Shown here piece by piece: positions 34,580-44,345 of a stretch of DNA of 64,000 bases (positions within the stretch are counted from its first letter, which is position 1; each line of letters begins with the position of its first letter). Position numbers and translations under genes: made by a program. Origin of the DNA: an uncultured Faecalibacterium sp. (GTDB lineage Bacteria; Bacillota; Clostridia; Oscillospirales; Ruminococcaceae); contig CAZRGP010000009.1 in NCBI GenBank assembly GCA_964599695.1, positions 1,019 to 65,018 of the forward strand, written 5' to 3'. The notes under the pieces were generated by a model. It did no database searches and was not told where the DNA came from. It was given only the letters and a program-made list of their open reading frames with translations.

Positions 34580-35509
34580 CTATAACTTCTCTATGATTCG
34601 CAGCTTTGCGCTTCTCGCTCTGCGGTTGGTCTCCATCTCCGTCTCACCGGCTATGATGGGCTTTCTGGTCACCGCCTTCGCCTTCTCCTTGTTTCCGCAT
34701 ACACATACCGGAAACTCCGGAGGACAGGTGCAGCCCTGCTGCAGCTTCGCAAAATACTGTTTGACCAGCCGGTCTTCTATGGAATGGAAGGTGATCACAC
34801 AGAATCTTCCTCCCGGTGCCAGCAGATCAAAAATCGCGCCGAGTCCCTCTTCCAGCGCCCCCATCTCGTCATTGACGTAGATCCGAAGCGCCTGAAACGT
34901 CTTTTTGGCCGGGTGCTTTTCCTTTCTCCTCACCGCCGGGGGAAACGCGGACACCACCACGTCGCTCAGGTCGGTCGTCGTCTCGAAAGGCTGCACTTCC
35001 CTTCTTTTGATGATCCGGTTCGCGATCTGGGGCGCGAAATTCTCATCCCCGTAATCCCGCAGGATCCTGCAGAGTTCCTCAAAAGAGAGGGTATTCACCG
35101 CGTCCGCCGCGGTCATTCCGGAATCCGACATCCTCATGTCGAGTTCCCCTTCCTTCGCGTAGGAAAAACCGCGCTCAGCCACATCCAGCTGATGGGAGGA
35201 AACACCCAGGTCCAAAAGCGCCCCGTTGACCTTTCCCTTCCAGTCTTCGAGAGCCATTCCGGCATCCCTGAAATCGGAGCGGATGATCTTCACGTTGGGG
35301 AAAGGACTCAGTCTCTGTCCGGCAGCCTCGATGGCCTCCGGATCCTTGTCAAAACAAAAGAGCCGTCCCTCTGCGCTGAGGCGCGAAGCGATCTCAAAGG
35401 AGTGACCGCCGCCTCCCACCGTCCCGTCCATGTATACACCGTCCGGGTGGATGTTCAGCCCGTCGATCACCTCATTCAGCAGGACCGGTATGTGCTCAAA
35501 TTCGGCCAT
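34580..35509 (-). CDS. rsmH: 16S rRNA (cytosine1402-N4)-methyltransferase
   Basis: HIPVLLNEV...DGTVGGGGHS...DLGVSSHQLD motifs. Confidence 0.95.
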   Translation of the reverse strand: MAEFEHIPVLLNEVIDGLNIHPDGVYMDGTVGGGGHSFEIASRLSAEGRLFCFDKDPEAIEAAGQRLSPFPNVKIIRSDFRDAGMALEDWKGKVNGALLDLGVSSHQLDVAERGFSYAKEGELDMRMSDSGMTAADAVNTLSFEELCRILRDYGDENFAPQIANRIIKRREVQPFETTTDLSDVVVSAFPPAVRRKEKHPAKKTFQALRIYVNDEMGALEEGLGAIFDLLAPGGRFCVITFHSIEDRLVKQYFAKLQQGCTCPPEFPVCVCGNKEKAKAVTRKPIIAGETEMETNRRARSAKLRIIEKL

Positions 35510-35928
35510 CAGATCCCGTTCTCCTCAAGATGTTCCTCGAAACTCTTGCTGTTGAAATTCTTCTTGTTCTCCAGCCATCTCTCCTTGTCCCATATCTCCG
35601 CACGGTCCATAACGCCGATAACGGCGACGTCCTTGTCCAGACCGGCGCTGTCACGAAGATTCTGAGGGATCAATACACGACCCTGCTTGTCCGGTTCCAC
35701 GATACAGGCGTTCGGGAAGATGTAGTGCTGGATCTTGCTCGCCTGCGCCAGTGGAAGCTGACGGATCTTCTCACAGATCCGTTCCCATTCCTGTTCGGAA
35801 AAAACGGCGAGGCAATTGTCCGACCACAAAGTGATGCAGAAACGTTCCCCCAGTTCATCACGCATGCGGGAAGGAAAATTCATTCTGCCCTTTTGATCTA
35901 CATTGTGAAAAAACTCACCAAAGAGCAT
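35509..35928 (-). CDS. mraZ: Transcriptional regulator MraZ
   Basis: MLFGEFFHNVDQKGRMNFPSRMR and a second SpoVT/AbrB-like repeat. GGAGG RBS before the 35928 ATG. Confidence 0.9.
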   Translation of the reverse strand: MLFGEFFHNVDQKGRMNFPSRMRDELGERFCITLWSDNCLAVFSEQEWERICEKIRQLPLAQASKIQHYIFPNACIVEPDKQGRVLIPQNLRDSAGLDKDVAVIGVMDRAEIWDKERWLENKKNFNSKSFEEHLEENGI

Positions 35929-35953
35929 CTTTTCCTCCTTTCCGCCTTTTCGT

Positions 35954-35984
35954 TGTTGAAAACTCTGTTGAAACTGTTGAAAAC
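35954..35984 (-). repeat. Three tandem copies of GTTT(T)CAACA in the mraZ 5' leader
   Basis: Plus strand reads TGTTGAAAAC (35954-63), TGTTGAAAC (35966-74), TGTTGAAAAC (35975-84). Confidence 0.6.
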
Positions 35985-36020
35985 TACCCACTTTTAACCA
36001 CTTTTGTGGATTTCTCCTCC

Positions 36021-36050
36021 ATTATGCCCCACAATTACGGAAAAAGTCAA
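36021..36050 (-). promoter_or_regulatory. Candidate dcw/mraZ promoter (TTGACT-18nt-CATAAT), with GTGGT/GTGGG boxes just downstream (35987-36001)
   Basis: Hexamers read on the minus strand. GTGG(T/G) repeats at 10-bp phasing resemble MraZ operators. Confidence 0.5.
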
Positions 36051-36092
36051 CACGCTTCCCACCATTTTCCCTTTCAGCCGGTCAAAAACAGC

Positions 36093-36122
36093 ACAAAAAA
36101 AGGACCGCTGAACAGCGGTCCC
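36093..36122 (-). terminator. Rho-independent terminator
   Basis: GGACCGC-tgttca-GCGGTCC followed by T8 on the minus strand. Confidence 0.7.
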
Positions 36123-36145
36123 GGCTTACCAGTATGTCGTTATGG

Positions 36146-36604
36146 TTATTTCACTTTTCCACGAAGTGCAAGTCTTGTGGATTTTACCTCGTTGAAAACA
36201 AGAAGCAGGGCGTCCTCGCTCTTCTTGAGGGCGTTCTCGGAATACTCCAGTGTGGCACGCTCCATCTCTTTGGTCTTGCGCTGGGTCTCGGCGATCATCT
36301 CGTTTGCACTCTGCTGAGCCGCCTTGGTGACTTCCTGCTCCGAAATGAGCTGTCTCGCGCGGTTCTCCGCTCTGGTGATGATGTCTTCCGCTTCTGCTTT
36401 CGCATCCGCGAGGATCTGATTGCGGTCCGAAACGACCGCCTTCGCGTCCTTGATCTCCTGGGGGAGATTCAGGCGGATGGTATCCAGAAGATCGCGCATC
36501 TTATCCGCATCGATCATCTTCCTGCCGCCGCCGAGAGGCAAAGAGACCGCTGAGTCCAGCATATCATCCAGTTTGTCCAAATACTTGTCAATAGCCATAG
36601 TCAA
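36146..36604 (-). CDS. Conserved hypothetical coiled-coil protein (ATP synthase b-subunit-like helix)
   Basis: 152 aa, helical and charged. Start overlaps the coaD stop. No confident family name. Confidence 0.6.
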   Translation of the reverse strand: MTMAIDKYLDKLDDMLDSAVSLPLGGGRKMIDADKMRDLLDTIRLNLPQEIKDAKAVVSDRNQILADAKAEAEDIITRAENRARQLISEQEVTKAAQQSANEMIAETQRKTKEMERATLEYSENALKKSEDALLLVFNEVKSTRLALRGKVK

Positions 36605-37086
36605 TTTCCTTTCCGCAATCTATTCTGCACATCATCCCGAATCGGTTCAGGAAGAAAGTTCGATACATCTCCGCCGAATGAGGCGATCTGTTTCACGATG
36701 CTGGAGCTGAGGAACATGTACTCCTGCGAAGTGTTGAGGAAGAAGGTCTCCACTTCCGGATTCAGCTGACGGTTGGTAAGCGACATCTGATATTCATACT
36801 CAAAGTCGCTGACCGCCCTAAGTCCCTTGACGATGACCTTCGCGTCCTGTTTGCGCATATAATCCACCAGAAGTCCGGAGAAGGAGTCCACCCGCACATT
36901 GGGAATCTCTGCGGTCACGCGGCGGATGAAATCCATTCTCTCCTCGACTGTGAATGTCGTGACCTTCGCCGGGTTCTGCAGCACGACCACCACAACTTCG
37001 TCAAAGATCCGCGCCGCTCTCTCTATGATATCCAGGTGTCCCTTCGTTACGGGGTCAAAACTTCCCGGAACAACCGCCTTGTTCAT
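36601..37086 (-). CDS. coaD: Phosphopantetheine adenylyltransferase
   Basis: VPGSFDPVTKGHLDII motif, 161 aa. Confidence 0.9.
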   Translation of the reverse strand: MNKAVVPGSFDPVTKGHLDIIERAARIFDEVVVVVLQNPAKVTTFTVEERMDFIRRVTAEIPNVRVDSFSGLLVDYMRKQDAKVIVKGLRAVSDFEYEYQMSLTNRQLNPEVETFFLNTSQEYMFLSSSIVKQIASFGGDVSNFLPEPIRDDVQNRLRKGN

Positions 37087-37643
37087 GCTTCTGTTTCCTC
37101 TGTGTCCTTCTTCTCGTACATCCAGATGGTTGTACTTCCATAATTATACCTTTTCTTCAGGGTTAAAGAAAGAACTTCATCCGGAAGATTCTCCTCCCGC
37201 TCCGTCTCGATGGCGATATATCCCCCGTCGTTGAGCATCTTGTCGAGATACGGCAGAATCTCCCCTCCCAGGTTCTTCCTGTAAGGAGGATCGGCGAAGA
37301 TGAAATCAAAGGTGGACGATGCACGCTCGATGTACCTCAGGACGTCCATCTGGGCGACAGTAGCCATCTTGAACAGTTCGGTCGAATTCAGATTCTTCTT
37401 GATCACCGTGATCGCTTCGCGGGAACTGTCCACGAAGACACAGTGGGAAGCTCCCCTCGAAAGCGCTTCGATACCCATCTGTCCGCTTCCGGCGAACAGA
37501 TCCAGCATCGTGGCTCCGGGAATAAAGAACTGAAGCGCGGAGAAGATCCCTTCCTTCGCCTTCTGGGATGTCGGTCTTACGATATCCTCTCCCGGCAGCG
37601 TCTCGATCACTCTGCCCTTTGCGATCCCTGTATTGACTCTCAT
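37083..37643 (-). CDS. rsmD: 16S rRNA (guanine966-N2)-methyltransferase
   Basis: LDLFAGSGQMGIEALSRGA and FADPPY motifs. Confidence 0.85.
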   Translation of the reverse strand: MRVNTGIAKGRVIETLPGEDIVRPTSQKAKEGIFSALQFFIPGATMLDLFAGSGQMGIEALSRGASHCVFVDSSREAITVIKKNLNSTELFKMATVAQMDVLRYIERASSTFDFIFADPPYRKNLGGEILPYLDKMLNDGGYIAIETEREENLPDEVLSLTLKKRYNYGSTTIWMYEKKDTEETEA

Positions 37644-37692
37644 ATGGTTCTCCCATCTTTTTTTATCATTATTTGTTTTGCATCCGGCAATG

Positions 37693-39504
37693 TCAAGAAT
37701 GGAAATACTCCCACACGCTCTTGGCCGATGCCGAAGACATTCCCTTCACCGAGGCGAGCTCCTCAACGGACGCCTCGCTGACCGCGCGTATCGTCTTGAA
37801 GTGCTTGAGAAGGATCTTGGCTCTCGTCTCCCCGATCCCTTCGATATCCAGAAGCGAGGAGCGGAACGCCTTCTTGGCGTGGGACTTTCTCTCATATTCT
37901 ATGGTATAGCGGTGGACCTCGTCCTGCATCTTGGACACGATGACAAAGGCGTTCTTGTTCATGGCGAGTTCGATCTCCCCTTTCTCAGAGACGATCCCCC
38001 TCGTCCGGTGCTTATCATCCTTTACCGATCCGAAGATGGGAACGTCCTCGAAAGAGGTGCCCCGCACCGCTTCCAGTATGGTATCCAGATGCCCTTTTCC
38101 ACCGTCGAGCAGGATAAGATCCGGCTTGTTGGCGAACCCGCCAGAACCTTCATCATATCTTCCCACTCTGCGCAGGATGACTTCCCGCATGGAGGCGTAG
38201 TCGTCGATGCCCTCCACCGTCTTGATCTTGAACCGGCGGTATTCGGACCTCTTCGGCTCCCCGTCCACATATACTACCATGCCGCCCACGGCGTCTGTCC
38301 CGTAGTTGGAGATATCGTAGAGCTCGATCCTCTTCGGATAGGCGGCGAGCCCCAGGCGGTTGGCCAGCTCCCCGAGGGCAGACTGAGCCCTGGTCTTTCT
38401 TCCGGTCTCCCGCTTGAGCCGTTCGATGGCATTCTGATAGGCCATCTCCACGATCTTCTTCTGTTCTCCGCGCTGGGGGACCAGGATCTTTACCGATGCA
38501 TTTCTCTTTTCGCTGAGGTACTGCTCGATCTGACCGCGGTACTCCACGTCCGAGTCGAGGAGGACCGTCCTGGGAGGCTCGTTGCCGGTGAGATAGAAGT
38601 GGGTAAGGAATTCCTCCCTCACTTCCGCGAGATCGGTGGTGTCCGCCAGAATCTGTTCCCTCTTGTCCACCAGTTTTCCGCCGCGGAAAAGCAGCACGAC
38701 AGCGCAGGTATCCTTCTCGTTGCCGGCAAAAGCGAAGACGTCCATGTTCTTGGTGGACCCGTCCTTGACCACCTTCTGCCCGGCATCCAGTTTCTCGATC
38801 GAAAAGATGGCGTCCCTTGCCCTGGCAGCCCGCTCGAACTCCAGATTCTCGCTGGCTTCCTCCATCTGGGAGTGAAGAAGCGACAAGATCTCCTCCGTAC
38901 CCTTTGTAAGGAGGATCTTCGCATTCTCCACCGAAGCCAGGTAATCCTCCCTGCTGATCTGCCCGGTGCACGGCGCGCTGCAGAGGCCCAGGTGCGCGTT
39001 GAGGCAGGGCCTCTTTCTCGGCACCTTCTCGAACTGATAGGTACAGGTGGGAAGTTTGAAGGCGGTGTTCGCCACTTCGGTCATCTGCTTCACGGCGAAG
39101 GAGCTGATATAAGGTCCGAGATACTCCGCATCGTCCTTTTTCTTCTGCAGCTCCGCTGTGATCCTGGGATACAGGTCCTTCGAGATACGGATGTAAGAGA
39201 AGCCCTTGTCGTCCATCATCAGAATGTTGTACTTCGGCCTGTGCTGCTTGATCAGGGAGCATTCCAGCGTGAGCGCTTCATACTCGCTGTCCACAACGAT
39301 CACATCGAAATCGTTCACGTTGGAGACCATCTTCGCCACTTTGGGCATATGGTTCGCCCCTTCGCGGAAGTAGCTCGTGACGCGCAGTTTCAGACGCTTG
39401 GCCTTGCCGACGTAGATCACTTCATTCTTTTTGTCCCGCATGATATACACGCCGGGAAGTTTCGGCAGATCCGCTGCCTTTTTATACAGTTCTTTCCTGT
39501 CCAT
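37693..39504 (-). CDS. uvrC: Excinuclease ABC subunit C
   Basis: GIY-YIG N-terminus (PGVYIMRDKKNEVIYVGKAK) and C-terminal HhH. Start taken at MDRKELY, because the longer ORF runs into the ptsH terminator. Confidence 0.9.
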   Translation of the reverse strand: MDRKELYKKAADLPKLPGVYIMRDKKNEVIYVGKAKRLKLRVTSYFREGANHMPKVAKMVSNVNDFDVIVVDSEYEALTLECSLIKQHRPKYNILMMDDKGFSYIRISKDLYPRITAELQKKKDDAEYLGPYISSFAVKQMTEVANTAFKLPTCTYQFEKVPRKRPCLNAHLGLCSAPCTGQISREDYLASVENAKILLTKGTEEILSLLHSQMEEASENLEFERAARARDAIFSIEKLDAGQKVVKDGSTKNMDVFAFAGNEKDTCAVVLLFRGGKLVDKREQILADTTDLAEVREEFLTHFYLTGNEPPRTVLLDSDVEYRGQIEQYLSEKRNASVKILVPQRGEQKKIVEMAYQNAIERLKRETGRKTRAQSALGELANRLGLAAYPKRIELYDISNYGTDAVGGMVVYVDGEPKRSEYRRFKIKTVEGIDDYASMREVILRRVGRYDEGSGGFANKPDLILLDGGKGHLDTILEAVRGTSFEDVPIFGSVKDDKHRTRGIVSEKGEIELAMNKNAFVIVSKMQDEVHRYTIEYERKSHAKKAFRSSLLDIEGIGETRAKILLKHFKTIRAVSEASVEELASVKGMSSASAKSVWEYFHS

Positions 39505-39523
39505 AGCGACCTTTTTTCTAAAC

Positions 39524-39552
39524 AAAAAAGCCGCCCATCGGGCGGCAGTTTT
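39524..39552 (-). terminator. Rho-independent terminator after ptsH
   Basis: GCCGCCC-gat-GGGCGGC followed by TTTTTTG on the minus strand. Confidence 0.75.
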
Positions 39553-39559
39553 TCTGCAA

Positions 39560-39823
39560 TTACTCGTTGAATCCGGATTCGATCAATTTGACCAGACCAT
39601 CGATTGCTTCCGCCTCATCGACACCGTCTGCGATGAGCTGAATGGTCGTGCCGCCGACGATCCCGAGGGAAAGCACACCGAGCAGGCTCTTGGCATTGAC
39701 CCTGCGCTCATCCTTCTCTACCCAAAGTGCACACTTGTATTCATTCGCCTTCTGGATGAAGAACGTTGCAGGACGTGCATGCAATCCGACCTGATTCTCG
39801 ACTGTCACTTCTTTAACTAGCAT
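39560..39823 (-). CDS. ptsH: Phosphocarrier protein HPr
   Basis: GLHARPA (His15) and NAKSLLGVLSLG (Ser46) motifs. Start at MLVKEV. Confidence 0.85.
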   Translation of the reverse strand: MLVKEVTVENQVGLHARPATFFIQKANEYKCALWVEKDERRVNAKSLLGVLSLGIVGGTTIQLIADGVDEAEAIDGLVKLIESGFNE

Positions 39824-40007
39824 AAGGGAGCTTCTCCAATCTATAACGTTATACACATCTCGTGTCACAGTTTCACCGTAGGCAATGATACACCATTGCT
39901 CAGCGCGAGGTCAATTGACGAATTGACCTTTTAAACCCTTTTCTCTCCTTTGCCACATGAACACCAAAAATCCACGGTTTGGTTTGTGCATGTTTCCTAG
40001 AATTTTT

Positions 40008-40721
40008 TCACTGTTTTTTCTCTTTTGACGAGAGATAAGCCTCCCACATGTCCGGTCTGCGTTCCTTTGTCCGCTTTTCCGCCTGTTCCAGCTTCCATTT
40101 CTGGATGTTGGCATGGTGACCGGAACGCAGGACTTCAGGCACTTCCCGGTCCCTCCAGACGGCGGGACGGGTATACTGCGGATACTCGAGAAGACCGTTG
40201 AAATGGCTCTCATCGGTGTAGCATACTTCGTCCGCCAGGACACCCTCGCACATGCGCATGATGGAGTCCGTAAGTATGAGGGCGGGCAGTTCCCCTCCGG
40301 TGACCACATAGTCCCCAATAGAGATTTCCTCGTCCACGATCTCTTCTATGACCCTCTCATCCACCCCTTCGTAGTGCCCGCAGAGGATGGCGATGTTGTC
40401 CAGTCCGGACAGCTCCACCACTTTTTTCTGTGTGAGGACCTGTCCGCAGGGAGACATGTAGATGAGATGTGGCCTGGTGCCTCTCTTTTCACAGATGGCC
40501 TGGAAGCAGTCGTAGATGGGCTGGCAGTACATGACCATACCCATGCCGCCTCCGAAGGGGGCGTCATCGGTCTGCTTCTGCTTGTTGAGGGTATAGTCCC
40601 GGATGTTGTGGCATTCCACCTCCACCGCGCCTTTCTTGATGGCGCGCCCGATAATACTCTCGCCCAGATAATTGTTGCACATATCCGGAAACAGGGTCAT
40701 GATATCAATCTGCATCGTCAA
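40008..40721 (-). CDS. trmD: tRNA (guanine37-N1)-methyltransferase
   Basis: IDIMTLFPDM..., GGGMGMV, CGHYEGVDERV motifs. Confidence 0.95.
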   Translation of the reverse strand: MTMQIDIMTLFPDMCNNYLGESIIGRAIKKGAVEVECHNIRDYTLNKQKQTDDAPFGGGMGMVMYCQPIYDCFQAICEKRGTRPHLIYMSPCGQVLTQKKVVELSGLDNIAILCGHYEGVDERVIEEIVDEEISIGDYVVTGGELPALILTDSIMRMCEGVLADEVCYTDESHFNGLLEYPQYTRPAVWRDREVPEVLRSGHHANIQKWKLEQAEKRTKERRPDMWEAYLSSKEKKQ

Positions 40722-41220
40722 ACAATCCTTTTATGGGTTCTATCCAGACTTTATTCTCCTCCAGGGAGGTCTTCTTCACGAAAGCCGGAACAGCGGGGAC
40801 CAGACAGCTCTTTCCGCTGTCCAGTTTCACGGAGTACAGGTCCTGCACTCCACCGGACAGGACGTCATCAATGACGCCGATATGTTCCCCGGTCGTCGCG
40901 TGGACGACCTCCAGGCCGATCAGGTCGACGATGAAGAAACTGTCCTTGTCCTTACGGATCTCATTCCGGTCCGCCCACAGGGTCTTGCCGATAAGGCCGT
41001 GAGCATCCTCGATGGAGTTGATGCCGTCGAACCGGAGCAGGAGCATATTCTTCACCTTCCGGTGGGACACCACATCCAGCCCGACCGTTGCGCCGGCGTT
41101 CAGGTACACTCTTTTTACATGGTAAAGGGACTCCGGCGAGTCAGCGGAGATGTATACCTTCACTTCCCCGTTCACACCGTGAGTCGTCACGATCTTACCG
41201 ATCTCCAAATACTGAATCAT
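40705..41220 (-). CDS. rimM: 16S rRNA processing protein RimM
   Basis: IGKIVTTHGVNGEVKV N-terminus and PRC barrel C-terminus. Start at MIQYLEIG. Confidence 0.85.
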   Translation of the reverse strand: MIQYLEIGKIVTTHGVNGEVKVYISADSPESLYHVKRVYLNAGATVGLDVVSHRKVKNMLLLRFDGINSIEDAHGLIGKTLWADRNEIRKDKDSFFIVDLIGLEVVHATTGEHIGVIDDVLSGGVQDLYSVKLDSGKSCLVPAVPAFVKKTSLEENKVWIEPIKGLFDDAD

Positions 41221-41263
41221 CTTTACAAAAAGGTACGGGGCGAGACCGCCCCGTATCATTCCC

Positions 41264-41497
41264 TCAATCGATTTCTACTGAAACGTGCTGGCCGTTGCGG
41301 ACGGCTGCGGAGCGCATCACGGTGCGGATCGCCTTGGCGATCTTTCCCTGCTTTCCGATCACGCGGCCTACATCGCCCTCGGCGACGCTGAGGTGATAAA
41401 CGATGACGCCTTCCTCATCCGGCTCATCCACGGTGACCTGAACGGCGTCCTTGTCTTCGACAAGACCTCTGGCCATCACTTCAAGCAATTCCTTCAT
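41264..41497 (-). CDS. KH-domain RNA-binding protein (YlqC-like)
   Basis: GRVIGKQGKIAKAIRTV GXXG motif. Start overlaps the rpsP stop (TAATG). Confidence 0.8.
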   Translation of the reverse strand: MKELLEVMARGLVEDKDAVQVTVDEPDEEGVIVYHLSVAEGDVGRVIGKQGKIAKAIRTVMRSAAVRNGQHVSVEID

Positions 41498-41742
41498 TAC
41501 TCGATAACTCCATTTTTCTTGAGCAGGACTTTGACTGTCTCTGTGGGCTGTGCACCGTTGGCGATCCACTGCTTGACCTTGTCTGCGTCAACGCTGAAAA
41601 CGGTCTCTGCCTTGGTGGGATCATAGATGCCGAGTTCCTCGATGAAGCGGCCGTCACGGGGAGATCTGCTGTCCGCTACGACAACACGATAGAAAGGTGC
41701 CTTCTTTGCGCCCATGCGACGAAGTCTGATTTTAACTGCCAT
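41497..41742 (-). CDS. rpsP: 30S ribosomal protein S16
   Basis: [35 protein letters not shown]. Confidence 0.95.
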   Translation of the reverse strand: MAVKIRLRRMGAKKAPFYRVVVADSRSPRDGRFIEELGIYDPTKAETVFSVDADKVKQWIANGAQPTETVKVLLKKNGVIE

Positions 41743-41814
41743 GAATTATTCCTCCAATTAATAACAATTCCTCTTTTATTTAGAAAACCCTCTCGGATTA
41801 ACTCTACGAATATT

Positions 41815-43146
41815 TTAGAACGGCAACTTGCCGGATAGTCCGGGGATGCCTCTGCGCTTCCCCTTTTTGGTCATCTGCTTGATGAGCTTGTTGGACTGCT
41901 CGAACTGCTTCAGAAGACGGTTGATGTCCTCCACCTTCATTCCGCATCCTGCAGCGATCCTCTTCTTTCTCGACGCGTTGAGGATGTCCGGTTTTGCTCT
42001 CTCCTCCGGCGTCATGGAGAGGATGATGGCCTCGGTCCTGGAGAACGCACCCTCGTCGATCGCCTCGTCCGGGATGTTGGCGCCGCCCGGCAGCATCGCC
42101 ATGAGCTGACGCATATTTCCCATCTTCTGGACCTGTCTCAGCTGATCCAGGAGATCGTTGAGATCCAGTCCCTTTTTGGACCGGGTCTTGCGGAGCATCT
42201 GCATCGCCGACTCCTCGTCGATGGACTGGCTCGCCTTTTCGATCAGGGAGAGCATGTCGCCCATGCCCAGGATCCGGCTCGCCATGCGGTCCGGGTGGAA
42301 GATCTCGAAATCATCCACTTTTTCTCCGGTTCCCACGAAGAAGATCGGCTTCCCTGTCACGTTGAAAACGGAGAGCGCGGCACCGCCGCGGGAATCCGCA
42401 TCCAGCTTGGTAAGGATGACCCCGTCGATGCCGATGCGGTTGTTGAACTCGTTGGCCACATTGACCGCTTCCTGACCGTTCATGGAGTCGATGATCAACA
42501 GGGTCCGGTTGGCGAAATCCCTCTTGAGCCCTTCCAGTTCGGTCATGAGGGCGTCGTCGATCTGCAGACGTCCGGCGGTATCGATGATCACGATGTCATA
42601 TCCGTGATCCTTCGCTTCCCTCAGTCCTGCCGCTGCGATATCGTGGGGATCGATCTGTCCCTGCTCGAAAACAGGAACGCCTGCCGCTTTTCCCATCAGA
42701 ACGAGCTGTTCGATGGCTGCAGGACGGTACACGTCGCAGGCGACCAGCAACGGGCGGTGCCCCTGGTTCTTGTACCATTTGGCCATCTTCGCGGCATGTG
42801 TCGTCTTACCGCCGCCCTGAAGGCCGCACATGAGGATCACGGTGGGAGGTGTTCCCTCCAGACGCAGTGTTCCCGCTGCCTGCCCCATGAGATCCACCAG
42901 TTCGTCGTGAACGATCTTGATGACCTGCTGCGCCGGCGTGAGGCTCTTCATCACTTCCTCGCCCAGCGCCTTCTGGGTGACCTGCTCGGTGAACTGCTTT
43001 GCTACCTTATAGTTGACGTCTGCCTCAAGGAGGGCAAGACGCACTTCCCGCATGGCGGTCGTTACATCCTTCTCGGTCAGTTTCCCTTTTTGTTTCAGCC
43101 CGGAGAAGACGTTCCCCAAGCGCTCGGTCAAACTCTCAAATGCCAT
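41815..43146 (-). CDS. ffh: Signal recognition particle protein Ffh
   Basis: NG domain (GLQGGGKTT, DTAGR, TKLD) plus a Met-rich M domain. Confidence 0.95.
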   Translation of the reverse strand: MAFESLTERLGNVFSGLKQKGKLTEKDVTTAMREVRLALLEADVNYKVAKQFTEQVTQKALGEEVMKSLTPAQQVIKIVHDELVDLMGQAAGTLRLEGTPPTVILMCGLQGGGKTTHAAKMAKWYKNQGHRPLLVACDVYRPAAIEQLVLMGKAAGVPVFEQGQIDPHDIAAAGLREAKDHGYDIVIIDTAGRLQIDDALMTELEGLKRDFANRTLLIIDSMNGQEAVNVANEFNNRIGIDGVILTKLDADSRGGAALSVFNVTGKPIFFVGTGEKVDDFEIFHPDRMASRILGMGDMLSLIEKASQSIDEESAMQMLRKTRSKKGLDLNDLLDQLRQVQKMGNMRQLMAMLPGGANIPDEAIDEGAFSRTEAIILSMTPEERAKPDILNASRKKRIAAGCGMKVEDINRLLKQFEQSNKLIKQMTKKGKRRGIPGLSGKLPF

Positions 43147-43527
43147 TTATTCCTCGTCCTGCACAAACTGATCCAGCCGGTTCGCGCAGTCCACGATATC
43201 ATTGGCTGCCCTGCGGATCTGTTCGGTATAACCTCTGGAATCCACATATGCCAGGATATCTTTCGCGCTCTTGCGGATCGCTCTTGTGTAAAGATTCAAT
43301 GTTTCGAATTTGTGTGCGAACTGAAGCTGCTCTTCCAGTTCAAACAGTGTGGACTCCCCTCTCTTGATGGAGTCGCGGACACCCTGTCTGCTGATGCCTT
43401 CCAGTTCGGCGATCTCACCCAGAGACATATCTTCGAAATAATACATCTCCATGACTGAACGCTGCTTCTCTGTGAGACATGCGCCGTAGGTATCGATAAG
43501 CAATGCCAATCCAAGATCCTTTGCCAT
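43147..43527 (-). CDS. ylxM: YlxM-type putative DNA-binding protein (UPF0122)
   Basis: LTEKQRSVMEMYYFEDMSLGEIAELEGISRQGVRDSIKRG. Located immediately upstream of ffh. Confidence 0.85.
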   Translation of the reverse strand: MAKDLGLALLIDTYGACLTEKQRSVMEMYYFEDMSLGEIAELEGISRQGVRDSIKRGESTLFELEEQLQFAHKFETLNLYTRAIRKSAKDILAYVDSRGYTEQIRRAANDIVDCANRLDQFVQDEE

Positions 43528-43592
43528 GATTGATTTTCCCCCGGAAAATGTTTGGAAACGTGTTGTAAAGTTATTTTGCTTTACAAGTCGCT

Positions 43593-43621
43593 ATTATACA
43601 GAAAACGCAGGGAAAAGTCAA
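43593..43621 (-). promoter_or_regulatory. Sigma-A promoter for ylxM-ffh (TTGACT-17nt-TATAAT)
   Basis: Near-consensus hexamers read on the minus strand (plus-strand AGTCAA 43616-21, ATTATA 43593-98). Confidence 0.6.
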
Positions 43622-43693
43622 GTGCGCAGGGATCTTTTTTCCCTTGTCTTCAGCGCCTGTCGCTTCCCCCGCGTCCGCGGTATGTCTTGTATC

Positions 43694-44308
43694 CTATTTT
43701 TTGTTGAAAACTCCGTTGAGATAGGCGACGAGAGGCCCGAGGCCGAACACCCCGATGATGGAGCCGATCCCCACGACACCTCCCATGAGGTAACCTGCGA
43801 TGATCAGAAGCGCATCGAGGATGATGCGGATGATCCTGTACTGAACATGGATCTTTTCCGCGATGGTCCACGCAATGGCGTCCAGGGCGTTCATTCCGCT
43901 CTGATAACGTATCAGGAGGACGATACTGTACGCGATACAGAACAGTCCCGCGAACATGAGGATCCACCTCACCGGAAGGGATCTCCCCTGCAGATATGGA
44001 CGGAGAAGCGGGTCGAACAGGTTGATGAACGTACCTGTGGTGAACGTGTTGACCACGGTGGTCCACCCGATCTTGTCCCTGGCAAAAAGAAGATCCAGGG
44101 CGATGACAACGGCGCCGTAGAGATAGGAGGCCGTTCCCAGACGAATCCCAAGAACACGGCTCATACCGTCCTCCAGGACCGTGATGCTGTCTCCGCCGAG
44201 ATCCGCGTAGACATAGAGACAAACACCGAGTCCGATGATCGCCGTAGAGAGGATCACTCCCAATAAAGGCTTAATAAATATTCTGATCTGTTCCATTTTA
44301 CTTACCAC
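43694..44308 (-). CDS. YczE/YitT-like integral membrane protein
   Basis: 204 aa with about 5 TM segments. GLGVCLYVYADLGGDSITVL motif. Confidence 0.55.
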   Translation of the reverse strand: MVSKMEQIRIFIKPLLGVILSTAIIGLGVCLYVYADLGGDSITVLEDGMSRVLGIRLGTASYLYGAVVIALDLLFARDKIGWTTVVNTFTTGTFINLFDPLLRPYLQGRSLPVRWILMFAGLFCIAYSIVLLIRYQSGMNALDAIAWTIAEKIHVQYRIIRIILDALLIIAGYLMGGVVGIGSIIGVFGLGPLVAYLNGVFNKK

Positions 44309-44345
44309 TTAACGCTGCGGACAGCCCGCGCCTGCTTGTGTGATC

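Noticed and set aside
39900-39935. CAATTGAC direct/inverted repeats upstream of ptsH as a possible cre or operator site.
   Set aside because: It does not match the cre consensus (TGNAANCGNTNNCA) when read by eye. It may simply contain the -35 TTGACC of the ptsH promoter.
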